IMG/VR virus record: IMGVR_UViG_3300025168_000053
Coordinates: 1 to 64,000 of that record
DNA length: 64,000 nucleotides
Direction: 5' to 3' (one strand)
Source: a virus
Shown here one piece after another: positions 18,843 through 30,200 of this stretch. Position 1 is the first letter of the stretch; each line of letters starts with the position of its first letter. Position numbers and translations under genes: made by a program. The notes under the pieces are model-generated. The model did no database searches and was not told where the DNA came from. It worked only from the letters and a program-made list of their open reading frames with translations.

Positions 18843-21032
18843 ATGGTTGGAACGATATTCAAGGGTGACGTAGCCGAAGTGTCATGGGGCAAAGAAACAG
18901 GATTGATGGCGACTGGCACAGGTTCAGCAACAGGATGGACTCACACCTCTAAATCGGGCAATACAAGCCTCATCACCATTGGAACAGCCAATTATTGGCA
19001 TACAGGAAGTGGAAATGATGTTGAAATCCCAGACAATGCTCTTGTTGGCTGCATTATGAGAATTACAGGTGGAAGTGCCTTCGCATTAGATGACCATGCT
19101 TCAACAAAACGCACGTATTATGTGATTGCTAACGATACTACGGCTGGAACAATTACCGTTCAACCCTCGCTTGTCACCGCAGCAGGTGGATCTTCACACG
19201 CCGCCACAACCGATTTGCTTATTCTTGATTCACTACGATCTCCAACTTTTGAATCGGCTATGACCGATGCTGCACAGCAGGTTAAGACTGATCAGTTCTT
19301 TGGACTTCTTGACAACTTCTCTCTCCCTGAGCCTGAGATTGATGTTCGCAAACAACACATCATCGGCATGGGTCGAGATGTCAATGTTTTGACAAGTGGC
19401 CGTGAAACGCTTGCTGGCGGTTCTTTCGCCCTTAACGCTCACACCCTTCGGTGGATGAAGTATGCGCTTGGAGGCCATGTAGCAAAGAGCAAAGGCGAGT
19501 TTGTCACGCTTTCCGATGGCTCAGGCGGCATTACAGGCGGAGAACAACCGCTTAACATCAAGGCCGCAACTAAAGTGTATCAAGCACAGCAATACGGAAC
19601 AGCCGACACCGATACCCTTAGTGCTGTTTCATCAAGCACTTTGACAGGAACAAGCAGTTTGGTTTCAGGTGATCATGTTCTTGTTGGGGCAAAGACCAAC
19701 ACTTCAACAGATGCAGCAAGTATAATTACACTTCTCACAAACATTGCCGCCGACACTCACGTATCGGTTGATACTTCAAATGGAGGCATATTCAAAACCC
19801 TAAGCAACACAGGCGATGTTTTGTTTGGGTCATATACAGGCATTGACGCACTAAATCTAACAGGGGCGGCAGATATTGATACTGGCGCATTAGCAAGAGC
19901 AGCAGCATCAGGGAATACCGTTTATCTCCTTGCCCCTCTTACTGCCGTCATATCTCGAAGAGATGTTCGAGTAAAGGTTGGTGCAACAATACGGGCATTA
20001 TTCACAGCAGGTGATTATATCCAAATCATTGACAAAGATACGCACACTATTCCTGGTCAAGACGACACCTTGCCGACAGTATTCAAGAATGAGATTCGAC
20101 GGGTTATTGCTGTTGATGGTGATTACGTTTATGTCGAAGAACCGTTCTTTTTCGCTCACGCTGTTGGATCGGCTGGTGTTGAAAGACTTCAATACACCGC
20201 AACGGATTTAAGAGGAAGTCCAAACATTGATGCAACAACAAAAGAACTCCAATTCGGCGTTGAACACACCCTATTTGGTGACACTTCTCTTCCAACATTT
20301 ATGATTGAGCAATCATTCCGCAGGGATAACGCAACACCTGGTTCTAATCAGTTGCTACGCCTTTACAATGGATGCAAAGTTCAAGGAATCTCCTTTGCAG
20401 CAAATACTGAGGGTGAAGTTAAGTTGCAGGTTGATTATGAAGGTGGCCGACACTACACAGATACGGCAAATGCGTTCACGCCTCACCGCATGTTTGAGAA
20501 TACTGCAAACACAGCAATTAACAGGAAAGCATCTGGAATTGCAGTTAATGGAGAGAAGCCATACCTATTCCAAGACTTGAACTTTGAAGTCTTTGGCCGA
20601 CCTGTTCTAAGAGCATCACAGGTTGATTTTACCATCGCTAATGGGAATCAAGCACGACACTTTATTCGAGGGTATGAAGGGGCTACAACCGATTCAGATC
20701 AAGTTCAACTTGGTGCAGTTCAAATGCCTCTTGATATTACAGAAGCACAGCGAGAATACACCTTTTCCTTTACTGCCATGATCGAAGATGACCAACTTTG
20801 GGAACAGATTCGCACACGCAAGCATCATCAAAACACAAACGACATTACATTGAGCATGAAAAAGCGTGGAAGCAGTAGCACACGTGAAAATGCAACAATT
20901 ACAATTGAGGATTATACCATCATTAAGGCCGACCATCAAATGCCAGAAGACAAAGGGGCAGTTATGGTTCAAGTCGAACTGGCGGTCCGACACCTCAAAG
21001 TGACGGAGAACTCGCCTTATTTCACGCTTTGA
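18843..21032 (+). CDS. Major tail tube protein with inserted domains
   Basis: VSWGKE start, tube-like C-terminal half (LYNGCKVQGISF...REYTFSFT), followed by chaperones and tape measure. Confidence 0.75.
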   Translation: MVGTIFKGDVAEVSWGKETGLMATGTGSATGWTHTSKSGNTSLITIGTANYWHTGSGNDVEIPDNALVGCIMRITGGSAFALDDHASTKRTYYVIANDTTAGTITVQPSLVTAAGGSSHAATTDLLILDSLRSPTFESAMTDAAQQVKTDQFFGLLDNFSLPEPEIDVRKQHIIGMGRDVNVLTSGRETLAGGSFALNAHTLRWMKYALGGHVAKSKGEFVTLSDGSGGITGGEQPLNIKAATKVYQAQQYGTADTDTLSAVSSSTLTGTSSLVSGDHVLVGAKTNTSTDAASIITLLTNIAADTHVSVDTSNGGIFKTLSNTGDVLFGSYTGIDALNLTGAADIDTGALARAAASGNTVYLLAPLTAVISRRDVRVKVGATIRALFTAGDYIQIIDKDTHTIPGQDDTLPTVFKNEIRRVIAVDGDYVYVEEPFFFAHAVGSAGVERLQYTATDLRGSPNIDATTKELQFGVEHTLFGDTSLPTFMIEQSFRRDNATPGSNQLLRLYNGCKVQGISFAANTEGEVKLQVDYEGGRHYTDTANAFTPHRMFENTANTAINRKASGIAVNGEKPYLFQDLNFEVFGRPVLRASQVDFTIANGNQARHFIRGYEGATTDSDQVQLGAVQMPLDITEAQREYTFSFTAMIEDDQLWEQIRTRKHHQNTNDITLSMKKRGSSSTRENATITIEDYTIIKADHQMPEDKGAVMVQVELAVRHLKVTENSPYFTL

Positions 21033-21072
21033 TGATGAGGCTTTAAGACAAAAGAAAACAACGGTGAATACA

Positions 21073-21429
21073 ATGCGATTAACGGGAACTGTGAATGTTG
21101 ATGGAAAGCGAGTAAGTTTAGATTGGCGAATTGACGGCATATCTGTCAAGGCTGGACCAGGGCTATCAGCCGATGATGTCCGAGTTCATACCTCAATTCC
21201 CGATTTGGCGGCATCTGTTCGTGGCGCACCTGCGCCTCTAAAAGAAGTCGAAACAAACCGATGGGATGCAATGACTGTCACCGATCTTCGAGTCGAATTA
21301 ACAAACCGAGGATTGACTGTATCTGGTAAAAAGGATGAACTGATTGCACGTTTGCTCGAATACGATGCCGAACCTGTTGAAGAAGAAGTTGTTGAAGAAG
21401 GAGAGGATGAGGATGAGCAATCCGAATAA
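21073..21429 (+). CDS. SAP/HeH-domain protein
   Basis: MTVTDLRVELTNRGLTVSGKKDELIARL matches the SAP consensus. Confidence 0.85.
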   Translation: MRLTGTVNVDGKRVSLDWRIDGISVKAGPGLSADDVRVHTSIPDLAASVRGAPAPLKEVETNRWDAMTVTDLRVELTNRGLTVSGKKDELIARLLEYDAEPVEEEVVEEGEDEDEQSE

Positions 21430-21772
21430 TCCCTTTGTATTAAGCAACAAACCTCAACGCCACGAATTAGAAACCCCAGTTGGTTTGTTGGTTGTTTATG
21501 TCAAACCCTTGTCTTGGGTTGAGCAGCAAGAGGCCATGTCACAATTCGTTTCATTCAAAACAGGAGAAGATGGAGGACTTGCGCCGAACATTGATTTGGG
21601 CGGTTATTGGAAATATGTCTTGACGAATTGTATTCAAAAGACTGAGCCAAACCTCAGCAAAAAAGACCTTCTCAATCTTACGCCAGAAGTAGGGGCTGTT
21701 ATCAAAACAGTTCTCCCAGACCTCAATGAAATCATCGGACAATTTGCGGCTGGTGTAAGCCCTTTGGATTGA
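21413..21772 (+). CDS. Tail assembly chaperone (gpG-like)
   Basis: Between tube and tape measure, ends at a slippery heptamer. Confidence 0.75.
   Translation: MSNPNNPFVLSNKPQRHELETPVGLLVVYVKPLSWVEQQEAMSQFVSFKTGEDGGLAPNIDLGGYWKYVLTNCIQKTEPNLSKKDLLNLTPEVGAVIKTVLPDLNEIIGQFAAGVSPLD
21760..21766 (+). other. Putative -1 ribosomal frameshift site C CCT TTG
   Basis: X XXY YYZ heptamer in the correct phase. The -1 frame continues without a stop into 21769..22131. Confidence 0.7.
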
Positions 21773-22131
21773 CTTACGAGGATTTAGTTTCATTCCTCGA
21801 TGAAGATTTAGATGAAGATGAGCGACCCGATCTCAATGTCACTCAGGCAACAATACTTTCTTATCAAGCAATCACTTTTGGTCTTGGAACTCATTTTGGT
21901 TGCCCCCCTCACTTTTGGGATGATCAACCACCAGACCGTGTTATGCTTGATTACATGATTATGCGAGCAGCAAATGAAAAGAAAGCGGAGATGCTTGAGA
22001 GAATGAAAAAACAGGCTGAAAGGCAAATGAAACACGGAAGAGGCAATAAGGGGCAACCTATACGCACAACGAGCGATGGCGACTCTTTAGATGATTTCTT
22101 TGAGCGACATAATCAAAAAGTGATGGAGTGA
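21769..22131 (+). CDS. gpT-like chaperone extension (probably expressed as a G-T fusion)
   Basis: In the -1 frame relative to the upstream chaperone, with only a weak TTG start. Confidence 0.7.
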   Translation: MTYEDLVSFLDEDLDEDERPDLNVTQATILSYQAITFGLGTHFGCPPHFWDDQPPDRVMLDYMIMRAANEKKAEMLERMKKQAERQMKHGRGNKGQPIRTTSDGDSLDDFFERHNQKVME

Positions 22132-22135
22132 TAAA

Positions 22136-23563
22136 ATGTCCGATGAGATGAATAAGTTTCTATCGGCACAGTCCAAGTTGAACACCCTTGCGAAAGAACA
22201 GGGTAAATCAATGAACATTCTTAACATGAAATACAAATTGATTAACAAAACATTAGGTCCATTTTATCGCAAGTATGTTGATTTGAAAAATACTGCTGAA
22301 ACCGTAGTGGATGTTTTTGAAGAGGTCGGTGCTTCGACTGAAAAATTGGCTAAGGCAACCGATCTTCTTCTAAAGCCAGTGACAGGAGTTTTGAAAGCAT
22401 TCACCCAAATAAACACAATTATGATTTTTGTTTTAGGCGCATTTGCATTGGTTGGTGCGGCTATATTTTTACTCACCAAATCATTTGGAGGTGGTGAATC
22501 GGCCTTTGCCGCTTTCGGAATGGTTGTTGAGGCAGGTAAAGGTGTCATTGAGGCTTTTATGGGTGTTGTAAGTGCTGTCGGAGATGCGGTGGGCGGTATT
22601 GACTTTGAAGGGTCGGCAGGGGTGTTTATACCAATGTTAGAAGGTATTTTTGTATTCCTTTCAAACATCCTCACCTTGTATCTTACTTTCATTGGTGCGG
22701 TATTGACTGGAATTGGAGATATTGTCACACGTATGGATGAAGCGGGTATGTTTCAAAGGATCGTGGATGCCTTCGGAACATTCTTTGGTCTTGTCGGCAT
22801 GGCTTTAGGAATCATAATGGATGCGTTTGATGATACAGGAATTACAATGGATGATTTAATTTCAGGTATTGAGAACGCTGTAAATGGATTTGTCAATTTC
22901 TTGTTCAACAGTGGACTCATTGAGTTTGCAGTTCAAGTGATTGAATACGTTGCGGTGTTTTATGGCGTATTAGCAGTTGTTATTGCTTCTGTTATTGCAC
23001 TTTTCATCAAGATTTGGGGAATTGTTGGCCCCCCATTGGTTCGATTTGTTAGTGCGTTTTTCAGTTTCCTTGAGCCAATTATTCGGATTGTGACGGGAAT
23101 AATCGGACTAATTATGAATGCAATTATGGGGCTTATTGGCTGGCTTGCGCCATATTTTGAGGATGCGATGGATGGCCTAATGTATATCCTTGAGCCGATT
23201 CTTGACGTTATCACCACGATTATTGATGGGGCTTCGGAAGCACTTTCATTTGGAGGCGATCTATTGGGCGGTGCTGCTGATTTCATGGGCTTTAATGACG
23301 GCGGAGTAGCAAGTGGACCGAAAAGCGGCTATCCAGTCACACTACACGGAACGGAGGCAGTTGTCCCTCTTCCAGATGGTCGAACAATCCCCGTATCAAT
23401 CAAAGGCGGCATGGGGGGCGGTTCATCCACCAATACCAACATTACAATCAATGTAAGCGGTGGAGGGAATGCTAAAGAAATCGCAAAGGCCGTCAGCGAT
23501 GAAGTAAGTAAAGTCATGAGAAACCGTTCAAGGGGCGGCAACTTCACAAGAGGGGTGATTTGA
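22136..23563 (+). CDS. Tape measure protein (short)
   Basis: Helical hydrophobic repeats and typical C-terminal FNDGGV.SGP.SGYP.TLHGTEAVVP motif. Confidence 0.88.
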   Translation: MSDEMNKFLSAQSKLNTLAKEQGKSMNILNMKYKLINKTLGPFYRKYVDLKNTAETVVDVFEEVGASTEKLAKATDLLLKPVTGVLKAFTQINTIMIFVLGAFALVGAAIFLLTKSFGGGESAFAAFGMVVEAGKGVIEAFMGVVSAVGDAVGGIDFEGSAGVFIPMLEGIFVFLSNILTLYLTFIGAVLTGIGDIVTRMDEAGMFQRIVDAFGTFFGLVGMALGIIMDAFDDTGITMDDLISGIENAVNGFVNFLFNSGLIEFAVQVIEYVAVFYGVLAVVIASVIALFIKIWGIVGPPLVRFVSAFFSFLEPIIRIVTGIIGLIMNAIMGLIGWLAPYFEDAMDGLMYILEPILDVITTIIDGASEALSFGGDLLGGAADFMGFNDGGVASGPKSGYPVTLHGTEAVVPLPDGRTIPVSIKGGMGGGSSTNTNITINVSGGGNAKEIAKAVSDEVSKVMRNRSRGGNFTRGVI

Positions 23564-24844
23564 TTGCCAAAGATTCAATTGATACGAAGGGATAGCACTA
23601 TCATAGAACTCGAAGCAACAAGCATCGGCATTTCGATCCAACGCAACGTTTTGGTTCACCCTATTCCTTTGTTGGCGACACGTGCAGCGTTGGACCTTAA
23701 CCAACCTCAAGTTGGCATTGTTATTGATGGAATTATTACCGATGATGAAGAAGCAAAAGGGGCTTCGGCTGCTGAATTAACTCTTGATTTATCCCTTGCA
23801 TTTGGAAATGCAGGTGCAACTTCATGGTATCTATCCGCCCTTCCAAACGGATTCGCATTGGGTGGCGGTCTTGGCGCAAATTGGCCTAACATCAAAACAC
23901 AAATCCATTTAGCAACAATCAAGTTTCAAACCAAAGGCCAAGTTGTGGCTGGACTGGGTGAAGCAAATGAAATTAGGCTGTATAATGGCAGTTTAGCGAA
24001 TACAGTTGCTACAAAAAGCGTCATCAATGTGAACGTTTCATCCACCACCAACACATCAACGCTTTCAACGGCCATTGTAAATGCTTTGAATGCGGCAAGT
24101 ATCAAAGTTGATACTGCAACCGTATCTCTTTCATCCCATGTCACCGTTTCAACCAAAGCAGGTCAAGCGGCGGCAGTATCATATCAAAATCAAAACGGTT
24201 CAATCGGAACATACTCGAATGAAATGATTTCAATAAGAAACGTTCAAACAGGAGAATTAGGCAATACGATTACAAACGTGATGAAACAAAGTGGAACGAG
24301 CAATACCTCATGGGAGAAGCAATTCTTTGTCACCAATATGACTGGCGGTGTTGATGGAATACAGATGACACGTGGAGATAAATTACAAGACCTCATCAAC
24401 GCTGTGACAAATCCAAGTGCTGGTGGTGCTTTAATTAGTCCACAGGTATTGACTGGATCGGCAATTGACTTGCCAGATTCTATTGCTTCTTTTGATTCAG
24501 CGCAATTTTTACGCATAGATCAAGCAAAGTCTGTTAAAAAATACATTGTAGGAGTTCGCATCCCCTATGAATCGCTTGTTTCATCAGCATCAGGCAACAG
24601 GGAATTGAGGCAATTCTTGATACCTGCTGGACCAGGAACCGACCATTCGGCAATATCGAATACTGAATCTTATGACCCAGTGGATATTATCAACAACAAG
24701 GCAGTTCGCCCAAACCCGTTTTTGAGGCAAGGTGTGGCTATACCAGTTGTTGTTCAATCCTTCGACCCTGGTTATGAAGCGGGTGATTCGGTGTGGACTT
24801 ATCAAATCAACCTCGCACCAGTTGAACAGTTGGTGGGGTTGTGA
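23564..24844 (+). CDS. Distal tail/tail tip protein
   Basis: First gene after the tape measure, TTG start with GGGGTGA SD. Confidence 0.65.
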   Translation: MPKIQLIRRDSTIIELEATSIGISIQRNVLVHPIPLLATRAALDLNQPQVGIVIDGIITDDEEAKGASAAELTLDLSLAFGNAGATSWYLSALPNGFALGGGLGANWPNIKTQIHLATIKFQTKGQVVAGLGEANEIRLYNGSLANTVATKSVINVNVSSTTNTSTLSTAIVNALNAASIKVDTATVSLSSHVTVSTKAGQAAAVSYQNQNGSIGTYSNEMISIRNVQTGELGNTITNVMKQSGTSNTSWEKQFFVTNMTGGVDGIQMTRGDKLQDLINAVTNPSAGGALISPQVLTGSAIDLPDSIASFDSAQFLRIDQAKSVKKYIVGVRIPYESLVSSASGNRELRQFLIPAGPGTDHSAISNTESYDPVDIINNKAVRPNPFLRQGVAIPVVVQSFDPGYEAGDSVWTYQINLAPVEQLVGL

Positions 24845-24845
24845 A

Positions 24846-27203
24846 ATGGGGCTTCACAGAATCAAGAGCAAAGCCATTCGTTTCAATGGTTTTACGGATG
24901 GAATAGTCGTTCCAACAGGGCAATTCAAAGAATCGGGAGTCAATTTACTCCGCCCAACATACGCAGGTGGATCGGCAACCACCACCAGTCAAGCAACCAA
25001 AATTGGTCGAAAACATTTGCCAAATGAAACGAACCCTCTCAATAACATATTGGGTGCATTTACAATCAATGCTTACGTTGTTCCAAATTATGGTGGAACT
25101 GTTGTTGTTAAGCCAGAATGTTTTGAACTGAAAGTGGGCGACCCTTTCAAAGCAGCACCAATTCAGTTCTCTATACATTGTATTGGCAGGGTTTTTACTT
25201 TGATTACCCCCTTTGACGTTAATACATTGATGGAATCTCATTCAGGGGCATATACTGGGGGTGAACACCTTCCAAATGACCTATCCGAAGGGGCGCAACC
25301 ATTGATGCTCATTACTGCTCAATTTACAGGAGATGCAATGCGTTTGTATGTCAATACAAATCTTGTTGCTTCATTGAATCTAATTGAACAGCGTATTTTA
25401 GATAACGTTTCATCGGATTTGTTTATCGGCGGGAGAGGGGGAGAGTTTCGAGGTATAATCGAAAGTATTCGCATTGACAGTGGCGAAGATATGCCAATCC
25501 TCGCCCCATTATCGGTTATTGATGATACACTGGGTTTTTGGGATTTTGAAGATGAGTTGCATATACCCAATTTACATTTTTTCAATAACAGAAACGAAGC
25601 CACGCCGTATCAAGGAAGAGATGGAACTTCCGATCACAAAGAGAACTTTGAATTGCCTTTGGTTTTTATTGGATATGATTTTCAAAACATCAACGATTTG
25701 GGATATTTCAAGGTATATCAAAAGCCAGCACATCCAAACGGCAACGATGACTCATACTCAGCATTGGAAAAAATTGCTTCTTTTGCTACGGGAATTGAAC
25801 TTGAAAAAATAAAAGAACAAACATGGTTTTCCACTTCTTTGAACTTAAACGCATACGCTTACGGAACTAACATTGGAACGTTGGATTACTTAGCATCGGA
25901 TCGAATTAAGCATTCAACGTTAAACGCAGTTATCAATCAATCTGGAACGCACCCAATAACTGGCCTTGCTAAAAGTGCAAGTGGTCGTTTAATCAATATG
26001 ACATCAGGCTCGGACATAGCACTTGCCAATATCGCTGATTTAGATCCGATGGTTAATCCAATTGAAAGAGTTCGGATTATCGCTCTCGATTTTGCTAATG
26101 ACAGAATTATTTGTCAATCCGTTCACCTTGCTAATGATGCTACAAGCGGGGCTACAACCGATAATCACCCAAAGGGTCAAGGAATGTTATTCGATCATGA
26201 TGACGGAACTCCAATTTGGTTGGTTTTAGGGAATGCTGATTTGGTTATTGACGATGGGAATAAAACGACATCGGCGGCGGTTGGGGGTCAAGTCACAAGA
26301 CAAAAAGATGCTTTTACAAGAGCCATTTTTACTCAAGGGCAAAGATTCAATGATAAAAGCGGAAATGGCAATACTGCTTTTTTTACTTCAATTCAAAGTC
26401 GAATACCTTCAACTCTTGCAGCCTCACCGCCTTCAACTGAGGTATCATTGCCCGACCCCCCAAAGTTCAGTTCTTCATTGATTATGTGGCTTCCAGTAAG
26501 TGCTTTGACTGGTTTATCGGATGGGGCGACAGTCACGCATCTTCCCGATTATAGCGGGAATGATTTTGGAGTTTATACCGTAGGAACATGGGCTTATGAG
26601 GCTCAAAGTGCAGTATTCAATTCATTCCCTGCATTGAAAATTACCTCAGCAACGGGCGCATTGGTCAATATCGGAACTAACGATGGTGAATCAAAGCAAA
26701 TAACTCACGATCTCACTACAAATGGTTTTACTGCCTTTTTCATGGTTCAAAGACCGTCTGGAACGTTAAGTGCAAATTATGATTTGATAGGGGAAAACGC
26801 TTCCACGCAAAAGACGTTTTTCGGACAAGACCCAAACCCCGATAAGTTCTTTTTGACAAATCATGGGGCAACTACAATTGTAAGTGGTGCGAACTTGACT
26901 CAAGCAGGTTTGTTTTCAATCACCTTCAATCACACAACGACCAATGCGACACTTCATCATCATTCAAATGCAGGTGGAACTTTTGTTGGAAAGGTTGTCG
27001 CAAATTATCGCTTTGACAATCGTTTGTTTGGTCTTTTCGGCAGGGCTTTAAGCACCAACCCTGCCGCTAAAACAGGAACGGCAAGCGATAAAGCCCCCCA
27101 AAATATGAGATTGGCTGAGTTCTTGCTCTATGACAGGGTTCTTACAGATGCGGAAAGACTTCAAGTTCAAGGTTATTTTATTGACAAATACACGGTGATA
27201 TGA
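24846..27203 (+). CDS. Tail protein with N- and C-terminal LamG/concanavalin-like domains
   Basis: LFIGG..GEFRGIIESIRI and RLAEFLLYDRVLT...YFIDKY. Start at 24846 follows the previous stop (track start 24732). Confidence 0.8.
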   Translation: MGLHRIKSKAIRFNGFTDGIVVPTGQFKESGVNLLRPTYAGGSATTTSQATKIGRKHLPNETNPLNNILGAFTINAYVVPNYGGTVVVKPECFELKVGDPFKAAPIQFSIHCIGRVFTLITPFDVNTLMESHSGAYTGGEHLPNDLSEGAQPLMLITAQFTGDAMRLYVNTNLVASLNLIEQRILDNVSSDLFIGGRGGEFRGIIESIRIDSGEDMPILAPLSVIDDTLGFWDFEDELHIPNLHFFNNRNEATPYQGRDGTSDHKENFELPLVFIGYDFQNINDLGYFKVYQKPAHPNGNDDSYSALEKIASFATGIELEKIKEQTWFSTSLNLNAYAYGTNIGTLDYLASDRIKHSTLNAVINQSGTHPITGLAKSASGRLINMTSGSDIALANIADLDPMVNPIERVRIIALDFANDRIICQSVHLANDATSGATTDNHPKGQGMLFDHDDGTPIWLVLGNADLVIDDGNKTTSAAVGGQVTRQKDAFTRAIFTQGQRFNDKSGNGNTAFFTSIQSRIPSTLAASPPSTEVSLPDPPKFSSSLIMWLPVSALTGLSDGATVTHLPDYSGNDFGVYTVGTWAYEAQSAVFNSFPALKITSATGALVNIGTNDGESKQITHDLTTNGFTAFFMVQRPSGTLSANYDLIGENASTQKTFFGQDPNPDKFFLTNHGATTIVSGANLTQAGLFSITFNHTTTNATLHHHSNAGGTFVGKVVANYRFDNRLFGLFGRALSTNPAAKTGTASDKAPQNMRLAEFLLYDRVLTDAERLQVQGYFIDKYTVI

Positions 27204-30200
27204 TGGTTGATCTCAAAGAATCCAATGAAGACGGACTGGCTGGAATGTCAGGAATGACCGCATACAACAGGGTTGATGGAGAGTTTTTCTTACATCAAAT
27301 GCCGATTCCAGAAGAACAGGTGGTGAAGCAAACAATTCAAGGCGTTGTTGATGAGTTCATTTATTCCAGCGAAGAAGTCTCTCTTCAATCAATTCTAAAA
27401 CAAAATGAGCCAGTCAAGATAACAGAAAACACATACATTGGTGAAACAAAGTCGGTTTATAACCGAACTGAAACATCATACTCAACCGATTCAGGCGGCG
27501 ATCCTTTCAACCGAATTATCATTCAAGGTGGTGCAGGTTCTTATGATGAAACATTGGCTACAAATCTATCAGCATCAGTTCACGATGAGATAATTGCAGT
27601 TGCGGTTGATGACATAAGGCCATTTTTAATCAAGGGTCTTGATACAGATTACACAGGCGAAATTAAAAACGACAAACCAACAAATGACGGCTACATTAAG
27701 CACTTAACCCCTACGGATCGAACTGTTATTGCATCAATTAAATCCCCTGCTATACTTACCTCAGCAGGTGGTCCAAGTCGCATATTGGTGTATTATGATG
27801 CAATTGATTTGACGGGAGAAGTTGTTGCTGGAACAGGTTTGACTCCTTCTCAAGTCAATCCTCGAATTAGGCCATATCATGTTCAAAGCAATAAACCATA
27901 TTTGGTTGTAAAAAAGACTGTTCCATCTGGTTCAACACTGTTCAATATAGCGGGAACATACCGTTCATTATCCGATATTTTGTTGAAACCCTACACCTCG
28001 GCACCTGGAACTGCTTCGGATGTTCAGTTGGAAGTTATTGCAGCAGGGGGCATTGTTGAAATACCAACACAAGATTTCAAACGACCTATCAAATCTCATT
28101 TATTGAAGGCTCATGGTTTCGATGGTTCTTTTCCATCACCTTTCATCAACATTGAAAATTGCGTTTTAACCATAAAGGATGGTTTATCTGGATATGGTCG
28201 GCCTAAAGCAATTGAAAACACCAATACTCCCGATCCAACCGCCAATCCCTCACATCACGTTATGACTGTTTCATCATCCGTTGGAGAAAACCTTACTGCT
28301 TACACAGGAACAACACAAACCCCTTCATCTTTCGCACGTTCCTCTTTACAAGTGTTCAACATTCTTGATAATGAAATAACGCAAAATCAACATTTCATTT
28401 TAGTTGCACCAGCAAATCCCAACCGTTATGCTGGACTTGAAGACTTCTTATCGGCATCGGAATCAGTAAATCCGCCATTGATTACAATTGAAATTGCTTT
28501 ACTCAATGGTCGTGCGGAAGAGTTCAACACTTTGATTGGAAACGAGGGCGCAAGCCTTGAGATAAGAGGCCGTTCAAACCTAATGGATGTGACCGATTCG
28601 GAGATCAAGCGCAACTTAAATCTTGGTGAAACAACTCCACTTAAAGAAATTGGGGATTTAGGAACTCCTACTGTCTCAATGACTTTAGGAGGTGTCGGTC
28701 AAGGTGGTGTTGATGTCAAGACTCAGCGAACTGAGCATGATTCATTAAAAGGATGGAAGGATAAAATTGTCAGTTCTGGCAACGTTTCAGTTCGCAATGA
28801 TAAGCAAACATCAACTGATTACGCATCAACACGTGCTTTGGTTGAGTTGCCTATTTTTCCGACAATGTTTTTCGATAAAAAGGGGTTGTATGAGGAAATT
28901 GATGGAATTACAACGGGAGTCCACGCAAGAGGTAAAGAGTTCAAGATCGGAATTGATTGCACTATGACGGCAATGAATCGGGTTCAAATGCAAACCTATG
29001 AGGCTCGAAATGCTGTTGATTGGGGGGCAGTTGGAGGGGCTACAATTACTTACAATGATCGAACCGCTTTGAGTAAAACAGATACCCCTTATTCATTTGG
29101 TTTGAAAGCGATTCACCCTAAGATTCAAGCCGTCATTGCGTCTATTGGAACGCCTGGGGCTGCAATAGATTACATCACTGTGGATAGTGTTGATGCCTTT
29201 GTAAATGACACCTTACAAGGCGTTGGCGGTATAAATCGAAATACAAGTTCAGGGGAACTGGGGCAAAAGTTCTATGTTCTTGTTGGGCAAGGAGAAGTTT
29301 CAGCAACAAGCACTTATGATTTAAGTTATGCAACTTACTTCCACATGAGGGTTTGGAAAATTGATACCTCGAACAACCGTCTTTACATTGACAAGGCTTT
29401 TTTGCGCCACCCAAGAGCCGACATTACACAAAATCTTACTTCATCTTCACCTGCGGCATCAGCACTATTGCGAGTTGGAATGTCAGTTCAAATGGGCGGC
29501 GTTATTGTCAATAATTTAGCATCACATAACGCTGAAATGGCGGTTGATTGGGGGAATGCAAATATCCCCGCCGCCGCAATTCAAACGGCTATCCAAGAAT
29601 GCGTTGGCATGTCTTCCTCAATTTGTTCATTTCAAGGGACAACTCATGAACTTGGGATGGGTTGCCTCGAATGGGATGTTTTCAATGAATGGGGGCATGA
29701 CAACAACAGGCAGTTGAAAGAACCAATTGAAGTAAAAAGTGTTTCAAACGGTTTGGCGGGGATTAAAAGTGATGGAACAGGACTCACCTCAGTTCAAGTT
29801 CAACATATCAATTTTCGACATATCGCCTTAAAATCCGCCAGTTTTGAAGAAGCCGTGAATAATTTGATTCGTAAAATAAACATGGCGGGTCATCCAGATG
29901 CAATTGAGATCGGTATTTTCGATGCGAATGATGCGGATTTGACACCAGGAAGTGCTTACACATCCCACATGGGTTATGTTCGTGCCTTCTTAGGTGATGC
30001 CGTTGAATCAAGAGATGGTGAAGACGGAGTTTCTATTGTCATTCATAGCACAGTTCCAGGTGCGTCAGGTCGCAACTTTGCTGTCACACTATCAAACGAC
30101 TCATATTATCCTTATCGCCCAATTCAGGCTTTTGGTCATGGTGGCTTATTGGCTACAAATAGCAGATCATACCAATTGAACTCATTCCCTGCACCTATGC

